Shown one piece after another: positions 17,763 to 25,824 of a DNA stretch of 34,274 bases. Numbering within the stretch: the first letter of the stretch is position 1; every line of letters begins with the position of its first letter. Source of the stretch: an uncultured Methanomassiliicoccaceae archaeon (GTDB taxonomy: Archaea > Thermoplasmatota > Thermoplasmata > Methanomassiliicoccales > UBA472); the NCBI GenBank assembly GCA_964500045.1, contig CAZCNG010000001.1:7442-41715 (forward strand), read 5' to 3'. The translations under genes were made by a program, and so were the position numbers. The notes beneath the pieces were generated by a model, which had not been told where the DNA came from, made no database searches, and saw only the letters and a program-made list of their open reading frames with translations.

Positions 17763-18248
17763 CTAGAGTGAATGCTGCCTCCCACGAGGACGCGGGGGAT
17801 CGACCGCTCTCATGCCATGTTCGGCCATGATTCGTCTCATCGCCTTGCTGGTCAGGACTTCGTCATCCGTCGTCAGCAGTCCACGGCATCCCGGGTCCGC
17901 CAGGGCGCTGGCGACTATCTAGGCGTCGCCTGGAGTAATCATCTGGTCCGCTGCCATGATCTCCATGCAGATGCCGAAAGCGATTTCATCGGGACCGAAC
18001 CCACGCAGGAATAACACCCCATCGCGGATCATCCTCCTCAGGTCGGTGATCGCTACCAAGCAGGTTTCGATCTCCCTGTCCTGCGTCATCTTGCCCAAGA
18101 CCTCGCCGATGGCATATATTGAGACCCCCAAGTTGCCGTATTTCTTCGAGTTGAGGATGTGTTTGGCAGTCTTCCTATTCTTCTCCCGGTCATTATCATC
18201 CAACATACTCCTCAGGATGCAGCTGTCTATCTGATAGTGAGCGGCCAT
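17763..18248 (-). pseudogene. PIN-domain (VapC-like) ribonuclease gene interrupted by an in-frame TAG at 17919-17921
   Basis: The N-terminal part (start ATG 18248) reads MAAHYQIDSCIL...AIGEVLG...ITPGDA, then TAG. The same frame continues IVASALADPGCRGLLTTDDEVLTSKAMRRIMAEHG... to TAG at 17763-17765. Joined, the product shows the acidic-residue spacing of PIN domains. Confidence 0.6.
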
Positions 18249-18736
18249 TGCATCACCTCCATGAATTCCCAAGCATCGGCCACGTAAGGTGCGAGGGACG
18301 GATCCAATTCGGATTGGAATTCGATGAGCTCATCTCTCGAGAATCCAGGATTCCTCATGCGTACCGAGAGGGAGAAGCCCAGCACCTGCACGAACTGGTC
18401 TCCTTTGTTCAAAGCAGTCTTCAACAATGGGTATTCTTCCGCTATCCTCATGTCCGGCCGTGCTGAGCGCAGGGTGGAGCCATCCAACCTCTCCAGCTCC
18501 CGGGCTAATTCATTGGAGATAGGTCCACCGTCATGCTCTTTGAATATGTACCTTAGGGTAGGACCATATCCAAGGGTTCTCAACAGGTACACCGCTCTCT
18601 GGATCGCATACCTGCCACGTTCCCTCCTCGGGTCAAAGCAGGTTCCGGCCGCCAAACGCAGTCCCTTGATGATGCTCGGAAGACTGGTCTCCACCTCGGT
18701 AGGCACTATGATCACTCCCGCTTGGGCGATGGCCAT
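18227..18736 (-). CDS. Hypothetical 169-aa protein, positional antitoxin candidate for the PIN gene
   Basis: It lies immediately upstream of the PIN gene on the same strand and overlaps it by 22 nt. No secure domain call. The segment AIQRAVYLLRTLGYGPTLRYIFKEHDGGPISNELARELERL is faintly reminiscent of Panacea/DUF4065-type antitoxin cores, but that is recall only. Confidence 0.45.
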   Translation of the reverse strand: MAIAQAGVIIVPTEVETSLPSIIKGLRLAAGTCFDPRRERGRYAIQRAVYLLRTLGYGPTLRYIFKEHDGGPISNELARELERLDGSTLRSARPDMRIAEEYPLLKTALNKGDQFVQVLGFSLSVRMRNPGFSRDELIEFQSELDPSLAPYVADAWEFMEVMQWPLTIR

Positions 18737-18761
18737 GTTCTCGTCGTTGGATGACTGGGTA

Positions 18762-18775
18762 GGGATATCTATCCC
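18762..18775 (-). promoter_or_regulatory. Inverted repeat GGGATA-tc-TATCCC upstream of the 169-aa/PIN pair, candidate operator
   Basis: Read from the sequence. The arms are at 18762-18767 and 18770-18775, 26-39 nt upstream of the ATG at 18736. On the coding strand an AT-rich ttctatcttta lies further upstream. Confidence 0.3.
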
Positions 18776-18834
18776 TCGATTACAAGTAGTGTAAAGATAG
18801 AAATGGAAGATGTTTGCGGCGTCTGGAGCTTATC

Positions 18835-19443
18835 CTAAGCTTCCTCGGGCGTATTGCTGTGCGAAACTGCGGCCTTCTCGGTCTTCACCGGGAACAACGG
18901 CAGCACTTCGCGCTTCAGCGTTTCGTTCAACACCTGTCCCATGGCGGTGTACATGGCCGAGGCACCGCAGACGATGCCGATCGCGCCAGCGATCTGCGTG
19001 ATCACGGTGCTGTTGACCGCGTCCCCTAGTGCCAGCAGGAAGAACAGCACCGCGAGCGACCCGAAGACGAACTGCAGCGCCCTGGTGGTACGCAGGGTCC
19101 CGATGAACATGAAGGCGGTGAACACGCCCCATAGCGTCAGATAGAACGCCATCTCGGTCTTGTTGGGCGCGGCGGTCACGCCCAGCGCCGGCAGTAGCCA
19201 AATTGCCACCAGCGAAAGCCAGAACATGCCGTAGGAGAGGAAGGCGGTGGTGCCGAAGGTGTTGCCCTTCTTCCATTCCATGACACCGACGATGACCTGG
19301 GCGATGCCGCCGTAGAAGATGCCCACACCGATGATCACGGCGCTAAGCGGCGTGACGCCGAGGTTGTGGATGTTCAAGAGGATGGTGGTCAGAGCGAATC
19401 CCATGAGTCCGAGGGGCGCGGGGTTGGCCGTCAGGTCGGGCAT
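18835..19443 (-). CDS. satP: GPR1/FUN34/YaaH family acetate/succinate channel
   Basis: Hallmark N-terminal motif [14 protein letters not shown], six hydrophobic helices, 202 aa. Confidence 0.85.
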   Translation of the reverse strand: MPDLTANPAPLGLMGFALTTILLNIHNLGVTPLSAVIIGVGIFYGGIAQVIVGVMEWKKGNTFGTTAFLSYGMFWLSLVAIWLLPALGVTAAPNKTEMAFYLTLWGVFTAFMFIGTLRTTRALQFVFGSLAVLFFLLALGDAVNSTVITQIAGAIGIVCGASAMYTAMGQVLNETLKREVLPLFPVKTEKAAVSHSNTPEEA

Positions 19444-19669
19444 TGTTCTGGTGATGCCAGCATCGCATAAATGCGTTCCGATTCGAGGATAAATCTTACG
19501 AATGATGGCGTTTACGCCCGGTGTTCTTGCATTCTCAAGATATGTTTTGACGCTTCGGCCGAGAACCGGTCAAACGTTCTGAGGGAAGTCCGGACAAATG
19601 GCAAGAATTCTTCTGCGGGTAGGACCGTGAACATTGTGCAAAAATGGCACATTGAGCCCGATTCCGGGG

Positions 19670-20146
19670 TCAGGCGAACTTCCACTGCGCGTGGCGGCCG
19701 TCCCGCTTCTTCTTCTTTCCCGTAGGCTCTATGACGCCTTCCTGCGGGGCGACGAAATCGTAGCGCACTGGAACCCGTTTGCTAGGTCCGGTCCAATAGG
19801 GACACTTGACGCATCTAAATCCTAATTCCACCCTCTCATCGTTGAGGGTCTTGTTCATGATCTCCACCGTATCCGAGCCGCACACGGGGCAACAGGCTTT
19901 CTCGCTGCGCTTCTTGGTGTCGCGGTAGTGGATGTGGACGCGCGCCAAGCTCTTGAAGATGGCGAGCTTGCGGATCCTTTCTTCGGAAGCGGTGTAGGCC
20001 GGGTCCAGCTTGCGCAGGCGTTCGTTTACGGCCTCCGCCAGACGGGACTGCGAGGAGACGGTCCGCTTTTCGCGCAGGACTTCGCTGATCGTCTGCGAGA
20101 GCATCTTGACCGAAGGGATGCGGTAGGGCATCGGCGGCGAATGCAC
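19670..20146 (-). CDS. Hypothetical zinc-ribbon protein
   Basis: 158 aa with CPVCGS...x24...CVKCPY (a four-Cys ribbon) after a helical basic N-terminal half. The true start may be the second Met at 20131. Confidence 0.45.
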   Translation of the reverse strand: MHSPPMPYRIPSVKMLSQTISEVLREKRTVSSQSRLAEAVNERLRKLDPAYTASEERIRKLAIFKSLARVHIHYRDTKKRSEKACCPVCGSDTVEIMNKTLNDERVELGFRCVKCPYWTGPSKRVPVRYDFVAPQEGVIEPTGKKKKRDGRHAQWKFA

Positions 20147-20220
20147 CTAGGGGGTTAAAGCCCGATTGGTTCGTTGAGGAAGAATCATAAGGGGTGCTGT
20201 CGGTTGCCTACCCGAGCAGG

Positions 20221-21576
20221 ATGCACCGGCACCGGGTAATCATCATGGGCGCGACGGGCCGCGCCTTCCACAATTTCAATATGCTGTTCAGGCACGACGA
20301 GCGCCATGAGGTCGTTGCTTTCACAGCAGCGCAGATTCCTGGCATCTCATGCCGCCTCTACCCGCCGCAGCTGGCGGGACCGCTCTATCCTGAAGGCATC
20401 TTGATATCTCCTGAAGCGGACCTCGCGAAGCTCATCAAGAAGTATCAGGCCGACGAGGTCGTCTTCTCTTACAGCGACATCAATTATGCCGACGTCATGC
20501 ACATCGCCTCCCGCGTCATCGCCAATGGCGCTGACTTCAGACTCCTGGGTAGCAAGGGGACGCTGCTCAAGGCGCACATTCCGGTCGTCAGCGTCTGCGC
20601 CGTGCGCACCGGCGCCGGCAAGAGCCAGACGACGCGGGCGATTTGCGTCATGCTGCGGGAACTCGGACTGAGGGTCGCGGCCATTAGACATCCGATCACC
20701 TACTGCGATCTGGTCCGGCAAAGGGCGCAGCGCTTTGCCACGCTGGCAGATATGGAAGAGGCTCAGTGCACCATTGAGGAACGGGAGGAGTACGAGCCGC
20801 TGATCGACAGCGGCAGCGCGGTCTTCGCCGGCGTAGACTACGCGGAAATTCTCAAGTTGGCCGAGGCCGAGGCGGATGTGATCGTCTGGGATGGCGGAAG
20901 CAATGAAGTGCCCTTCATCGCTAGCAATTACCACATTGTCATCGCCGACGCGCTGCGCCCGGGTCATGAGATGCAATACTACCCCGGAGAAGCGAACGTG
21001 CGCATGGCCGACGTGATCATCATCAACAAGGTCGACTCCGCTGCCGAAGGAGCGGTCGAGATCATCCGCGAGAACTTGACAAGATTGAATTCCAGGGCGC
21101 TGGTCCTGGAGGCGTTCTCCCCGATCGTGCTTGAGAACGAGATCAGCGCCAAGGGCAAGCGCACCCTAGTGATCGAGGACGGCCCCACGGTCACGCATGG
21201 CGGCATGCCCTTCGGGGCGGGCATCATCGCCGCGCGCAATGCCGGGGCGGTACTCGTGGACCCCAGGCCGTTCGCTGTGGGCTCCATCCGCAGGGCGTAC
21301 GAACAGTACCCGCACCTGGGCAAGATGCTGCCGGCGCTTGGCTACAGCGAAGAGCAGGTGGCGGAGCTGCAGGAGACGGTGAACAAGGTCGACTGCGCCA
21401 TCGTCATCTCCGGCACTCCGATCGACATCACCAGAGTGATCAAGGTGGAGAAACCGGTACTGCGTGCCCGCTACGAACTGCAGCAGGTCTCAGGACCGAA
21501 ATTGAAGGATCTATTGGACGAGAACATAGTGCCTCTAGCTCTCAGCTGCGAGGGCGATGCCTGCAAGATCAAGTAG
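20221..21576 (+). CDS. COG2403-family P-loop protein (commonly annotated cyclic 2,3-diphosphoglycerate synthetase)
   Basis: VIIMGATGRAFHNFN, VVAFTAAQIPGI, YPEGI, VCAVRTGAGKSQ (P-loop), IRHPITY, CTIEEREEYEP and WDGGSNE match the conserved blocks of this family as I recall them. The first ATG is at 20221; the track uses GTG 20194. Confidence 0.7.
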   Translation: MHRHRVIIMGATGRAFHNFNMLFRHDERHEVVAFTAAQIPGISCRLYPPQLAGPLYPEGILISPEADLAKLIKKYQADEVVFSYSDINYADVMHIASRVIANGADFRLLGSKGTLLKAHIPVVSVCAVRTGAGKSQTTRAICVMLRELGLRVAAIRHPITYCDLVRQRAQRFATLADMEEAQCTIEEREEYEPLIDSGSAVFAGVDYAEILKLAEAEADVIVWDGGSNEVPFIASNYHIVIADALRPGHEMQYYPGEANVRMADVIIINKVDSAAEGAVEIIRENLTRLNSRALVLEAFSPIVLENEISAKGKRTLVIEDGPTVTHGGMPFGAGIIAARNAGAVLVDPRPFAVGSIRRAYEQYPHLGKMLPALGYSEEQVAELQETVNKVDCAIVISGTPIDITRVIKVEKPVLRARYELQQVSGPKLKDLLDENIVPLALSCEGDACKIK

Positions 21577-21720
21577 TGGCTCGATGCCCAGCGAATTGGG
21601 AACAGGCTGCGTACTTCATTCCGGCGAGCGATCATATGGCATCAGCATCAGGAAGGGATCGCAACCGCATCGCCAAGTGACATAAGGTCTAATTAGCTGC
21701 TAAGGAATCGAGTCAATCCT

Positions 21721-21828
21721 GCGGGGGTGGCTGAGTTGGCCAAAAGCGCAGGACTTAAGTCCGCGCCAGCGCGGTGAGACATTCTGTCTCGTAGGAGTTC
21801 GTGGGTTCGAATCCCTCCCCCCGCACCA
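21721..21828 (+). tRNA. tRNA-Leu(UAA): tRNA-Leu (anticodon UAA) with a 21-nt intron at 37/38 and an encoded CCA
   Basis: Folded by hand:
- Acceptor stem GCGGGGG/CCCCCGC.
- D arm GCT-GAGTTGGCCAAA-AGC.
- Anticodon stem CAGGA/TTCTG.
- Anticodon loop CUUAAG|A, with UAA at 21756-21758.
- Long variable arm TCTCGTAGGAGTTC.
- T arm GTGGG-TTCGAAT-CCCTC, with one U-U mismatch.
- Discriminator A, then CCA ending at 21828. Confidence 0.85.
21760..21780 (+). other. tRNA intron with a canonical bulge-helix-bulge (hBHBh') splice motif
   Basis: Intron sequence TCCGCGCCAGCGCGGTGAGAC. The central 4-bp helix is CUUA/UGAG. The 3-nt bulges are AG|U and AC|A. The inner helix is CCGCG/CGCGG. Cleavage after the second bulge nucleotide gives a 37/38 junction. 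Confidence 0.75.
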
Positions 21829-21841
21829 TCATGCTGAGAGT

Positions 21842-22666
21842 TCAGTACTGGGCGGGAGGCCATTTCATCGTCATTCCTTTCTCTTGCAGCTTTTGCCAGA
21901 TGGACCAAGTGAGTTCACTCTTGACCTTCGCTCTGTCCTTGACCTCCATCAAATAGCAGCGGGTGTAGAATACCAGATGCCTATCCTTGACCTCTAGAAT
22001 CCTGATGAAGGGATCGAATCGGACTGCGGCGGTCATCCCCTCGTCCTTATGGCTGCATTTGAGGTCCGCGTTTGGGAACACCAGGGGATGTGCCCTTATG
22101 ATGGGAAGCACGAGTTCCCTCATCTTCTCCAGGTCCGTATCCAACGGCATGGGGATCTCAATGCTGAGCTCGGCATATCCCGTCTTCGTGAAGTTGATGA
22201 ACTGGGTGTCATTCAATTCTCCATTGGGGATGATATAATCTGTTCCTGTATTGTCTTGCAAGCGGGTCTTGGTCATGCCTACGTGGATGACCTTGGTCGG
22301 TTTGTGCCAGCTGTGCTTCCCGATCTCGACCCAGTCATCGATCCTGATGCTCCGGGTCAGGTTGATCTGCACCCCGGACATGAAATTCTCCAATATTCGT
22401 CTCGAGAAGACAGCGATGGCAAGGCCAAGCAGACCCAGGGATGCCAGCAGCTCCTCCCAGTCGATCTCCAGAATGTATTGGAATCCTATGAAGCCCACGA
22501 TGATAAGGAAAGCGTATTGGATCACATTGGAGACCCAAAAGGCGCGGTTCTTGGGCCATCTCCTTTCCAGCAGTTTCTGCAATACGAACTGTAGGACCTT
22601 GCTGATTATCCAGAGCGCTACCGCGAAGGCAGTGTACCGGGCTACATCCTCAACGCTGAAAGCCAT
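21842..22666 (-). CDS. Small-conductance mechanosensitive channel (MscS family)
   Basis: 274 aa with three N-terminal TM helices, followed by the MscS beta-domain signature SIRIDDWVEIGK...GMTKTRLQDNTGTDYIIPNGEL. Confidence 0.75.
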   Translation of the reverse strand: MAFSVEDVARYTAFAVALWIISKVLQFVLQKLLERRWPKNRAFWVSNVIQYAFLIIVGFIGFQYILEIDWEELLASLGLLGLAIAVFSRRILENFMSGVQINLTRSIRIDDWVEIGKHSWHKPTKVIHVGMTKTRLQDNTGTDYIIPNGELNDTQFINFTKTGYAELSIEIPMPLDTDLEKMRELVLPIIRAHPLVFPNADLKCSHKDEGMTAAVRFDPFIRILEVKDRHLVFYTRCYLMEVKDRAKVKSELTWSIWQKLQEKGMTMKWPPAQY

Positions 22667-22907
22667 TCACAACGATGTTGGACATCCACTTATGCGTAAA
22701 AAAGAATTCCGGGTTGGTCGGTTATCCATCGGGACGAGCCATCGAAGACGGTGGTGATGGATAACTCATATTTGTCGCCCAGATATTGTCGCGGGTTTCG
22801 GTTGCCTGCTACGTAGTAGAAGATGATATCTGGAGCATTTCAATGCCAAGAAGGACTCTTACAAATACTATGAGAATCGTCGATTCGTCAATAAAGGCAC
22901 ATCAACT

Positions 22908-24905
22908 ATGAATCAAGACCGGCAGATCCATCTTGGCCTGGGCATCGATACCGGTGGCACCAACACCGATGCCACCATAGTCGATCTTGACACGACCAAG
23001 GTGTTGGCCAAGTCCAAGGCGAGGACGACCCACCATGACCTCAGCATCGGTCTAGGGGAGGCGGTCGATAATGTGCGCAGTACCTTTGGACCGGCCGCTT
23101 TTGAACCCAACCTCATCGGTGTGTCGACCACATTGGCAACCAACTCTATCCTGGAAGGGGTGGGCGGGCAGGTCGGCCTCATCGGCCTGGGCTGGACGCC
23201 CCGCAGGGGGGACGAGTATGGGACCAAGTATCAGTTCTTTCTAGATGGAGGTCACGATGTCCGGGGCCGGCCTCAGACCTCATTGGACATCGATCGAATT
23301 CAGAAGGCCATTGAAGAGATGGCACCGCATATTGATTCCATCGTTGTGTCCAGCCTGTTCAGTGTCTACAACCCGCTGCATGAGGTCGAGGTCAAGCGGA
23401 TCATCAGAGAGAAGTACAATATTCCCGTGGTCATGGGACATGAGCTTACTGGAGAGCTCGGGTTCTATGAACGAACGGTCACCGCCGTCCTCAACGCGCG
23501 TCTCCTTCCCGTGCTAAGTGATTTCCTACAGAAGGTCCAGGAGATCATGGAGCTGCGTGGCATCAGGGCTCCGATCATGGTTCTGAAGGGGGACGGGAAC
23601 CTCATGAATATCCGGATGGCGAAGGAGCGTCCGGTGGAGACGCTCTTGTCTGGACCTGCGGCCAGCGCCAGGGGTGCTCTGCTGCTATCTGGTCTTCAGG
23701 ACTGCATCGCCATCGACATCGGCGGCACATCCACCGACATAGCGGTCATGGAGAACGGCAGATGCAAGATATCCAAGGAAGGCGCAGTGGTGGGATCCTG
23801 GCCCACGAGGGTCGAGGCGGTAAACGTACGGACGGTTGGTCTCGGCGGCGATTCCGAAGTAAGGATGCTGCCGAAGAACGAGCTGCTCATCGGTCCGGAA
23901 CGGGTTATACCCCTGTGCTTCGCCACCTCTCTGTTCCCAGGACTGGTCCAGAAGATGACCGAGCTGAGCGAGACTCGTTTCTTCAAGGCCTCGCCTCGCC
24001 AACACGGCCGGCTGACCACGGTCGAGCAGAGGATCGTCGATCACCTATTGGCCAACGGCCCTCGGACCCTGGATGAGTTGCAGGAGGCTTTGCAGGACGT
24101 CTATCTCCTCGAGACATACATCAAAGCCCTAAAGAGCAAGGGGGCGATCGAGGGCATAGGATTGACCCCGACCGACGCGCTCCACGCCGTCGGTCGCTAC
24201 ACCCAGGGCGATGTGGAAGCGGCCAAGGTGGGGGTCCAGGTCTTCGCATTCAAATTCCAGCTCGAGGAGAGCGAGCTTACCGGTAGAGTGATCGCCAAGG
24301 TCACCTCCCGGATCGCCGACGAGGTCCTCAAGAAGATGTTCTCTGATGAAGTGGGGCCGTTGCAGCACACAGAGGTCTTTCAGAGATTGATCGATGGTCT
24401 GAGCGGGGAACGGGCCTTCCCCAATTTCTCCCTGAAGGCGGAATTGAAGTATCCCTTGGTGGGACTGGGCGGCCCCGCCGGCGCCTTCATGCCTCCCCTG
24501 GCGGAGCGTTTGCATGTCAAGGTGGTAATCCCTGACGACCACGACGTGGGCAACGCTCTAGGGGCCGTGTGCGGCGAGGTCTCTGAGTTTGTGGACGTCT
24601 TCGTTTGCCCCCGGGAGCACGATTTTGCGATATACTCATCCTTCTCCCCGCCCATCTGCATCTGGGGAGAACATGATGCGGTCAAGAAGGCCAAGGACCT
24701 AGCATCCACCTGGGCGATGGAAAGGGCGGAGAGGGCAGGGGGATGCGACCTCCAGGTGGAAATGAAGCTGGAGGAAGAGAGGGAGAGATCGAAGAACGCT
24801 GAGAAGAAGGACACCCTGGTCCAGATGTGGATCCGCGCCCGTGCTGTGGGCGCTCCAGTTGACCTGAGATTCATCGAAACAAGGTCCGGTGGTCCCAAGG
24901 TATAA
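22908..24905 (+). CDS. Hydantoinase/oxoprolinase (HyuA-like, ASKHA fold) family protein
   Basis: 665 aa. The N-terminus LGIDTGGTNTDATIVDL and a second phosphate motif IAIDIGGTSTDIAV are typical of Hydantoinase_A proteins. Confidence 0.75.
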   Translation: MNQDRQIHLGLGIDTGGTNTDATIVDLDTTKVLAKSKARTTHHDLSIGLGEAVDNVRSTFGPAAFEPNLIGVSTTLATNSILEGVGGQVGLIGLGWTPRRGDEYGTKYQFFLDGGHDVRGRPQTSLDIDRIQKAIEEMAPHIDSIVVSSLFSVYNPLHEVEVKRIIREKYNIPVVMGHELTGELGFYERTVTAVLNARLLPVLSDFLQKVQEIMELRGIRAPIMVLKGDGNLMNIRMAKERPVETLLSGPAASARGALLLSGLQDCIAIDIGGTSTDIAVMENGRCKISKEGAVVGSWPTRVEAVNVRTVGLGGDSEVRMLPKNELLIGPERVIPLCFATSLFPGLVQKMTELSETRFFKASPRQHGRLTTVEQRIVDHLLANGPRTLDELQEALQDVYLLETYIKALKSKGAIEGIGLTPTDALHAVGRYTQGDVEAAKVGVQVFAFKFQLEESELTGRVIAKVTSRIADEVLKKMFSDEVGPLQHTEVFQRLIDGLSGERAFPNFSLKAELKYPLVGLGGPAGAFMPPLAERLHVKVVIPDDHDVGNALGAVCGEVSEFVDVFVCPREHDFAIYSSFSPPICIWGEHDAVKKAKDLASTWAMERAERAGGCDLQVEMKLEEERERSKNAEKKDTLVQMWIRARAVGAPVDLRFIETRSGGPKV

Positions 24906-24965
24906 CCTCGCCTATTCTTCATCGACCAGTGGTTTTTTCATCAATCATGCTCATTTTGAGACCTC

Positions 24966-25691
24966 ATGAGCGCTCCAAGTATAGATTCGATGGAAGTCAA
25001 GGCCCAGGCGATGAAACTTGGCGCCGACCTATGCGGCGTGGCCTCTGTCGAAAGGTTCGCAGGAGCGCCGCCTGGACATCGCCCCCAGGACATCTACCCC
25101 GATTGCCGGTCGGTCATCGTCCTGGCCCAGCGCATACCGGTGGGGCTGCTCTACGCCAAGAGCTGTGTCCCCTACACGCAGACGAATCGCTTGGTCAATC
25201 AGCAATTGGACGAGCTGGGCATAGCCCTCGGCCTCGCCCTGGAAGATCGAGGCATGAGGGCGGTACCTTTGCCCTGTGACGACCCCTACGAGCACTGGGA
25301 GGCCGACAAGCTGTACGGTATGGGCCTCCTCTCGATGAGGCATGCCGGCCATCTCGCCGGACTCGGAGTTCTGGGCAGGAACACGCTCCTGAAGAATGAT
25401 CGGTTCGGCAATATGATCAAGATCGGAGCAATATTGGTGGACGCTAGCCTGGAGCCGGACCCCATGGCCACGTACGATGGATGCCCGCCGCATTGCCGCC
25501 TCTGCATCGATGCCTGTCCCGCCCAAGCGCTCGATGGGAAGACGGTCGACCAGAAGCTTTGCAGGACCTCATCCAGCTTCGTGAACGAGAAGGGATTCCA
25601 CCTCACCAAATGCAATACCTGCAGGCGCGTTTGTCCGCAAAGCCAGGGCATCAAGGAACGAGGCGTTTCACTCAAGAAAGGTCTTGCTTGA
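24966..25691 (+). CDS. QueG/reductive-dehalogenase-superfamily-like 4Fe-4S protein
   Basis: 241 aa. The N-terminal half (LGADLCGVASVERF...SVIVLA) resembles the QueG/RdhA N-domain. The C-terminus has Cys clusters CPPHCRLCIDACP and CNTCRRVCP. Confidence 0.6.
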   Translation: MSAPSIDSMEVKAQAMKLGADLCGVASVERFAGAPPGHRPQDIYPDCRSVIVLAQRIPVGLLYAKSCVPYTQTNRLVNQQLDELGIALGLALEDRGMRAVPLPCDDPYEHWEADKLYGMGLLSMRHAGHLAGLGVLGRNTLLKNDRFGNMIKIGAILVDASLEPDPMATYDGCPPHCRLCIDACPAQALDGKTVDQKLCRTSSSFVNEKGFHLTKCNTCRRVCPQSQGIKERGVSLKKGLA

Positions 25692-25824
25692 GATTCCGAG
25701 CCGAACAAGGCTGCGAGATTGCTCTTGATAGAATTCTTTGTCTCTGGATTTCTGAATTCATCGGCCTATTAATAAATATCAACAAACAAATGCAAATGTC
25801 GGTGGGTCTTTGAAACCAGGCGGC

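Noticed and set aside
20150-20160. Recurring CCTAGGGGGTT-like motif (also at 27211-27221, with a looser CCATAGGGGGCG at about 15021)
   Set aside because: There are only two close copies of a short GC-rich word, in unrelated contexts. That is too little to call a repeat family without a genome-wide count.
21693-21908. 71-aa ORF overlapping the tRNA-Leu gene on the opposite strand
   Set aside because: The region is fully explained by the tRNA and the 3' end of the MscS gene.
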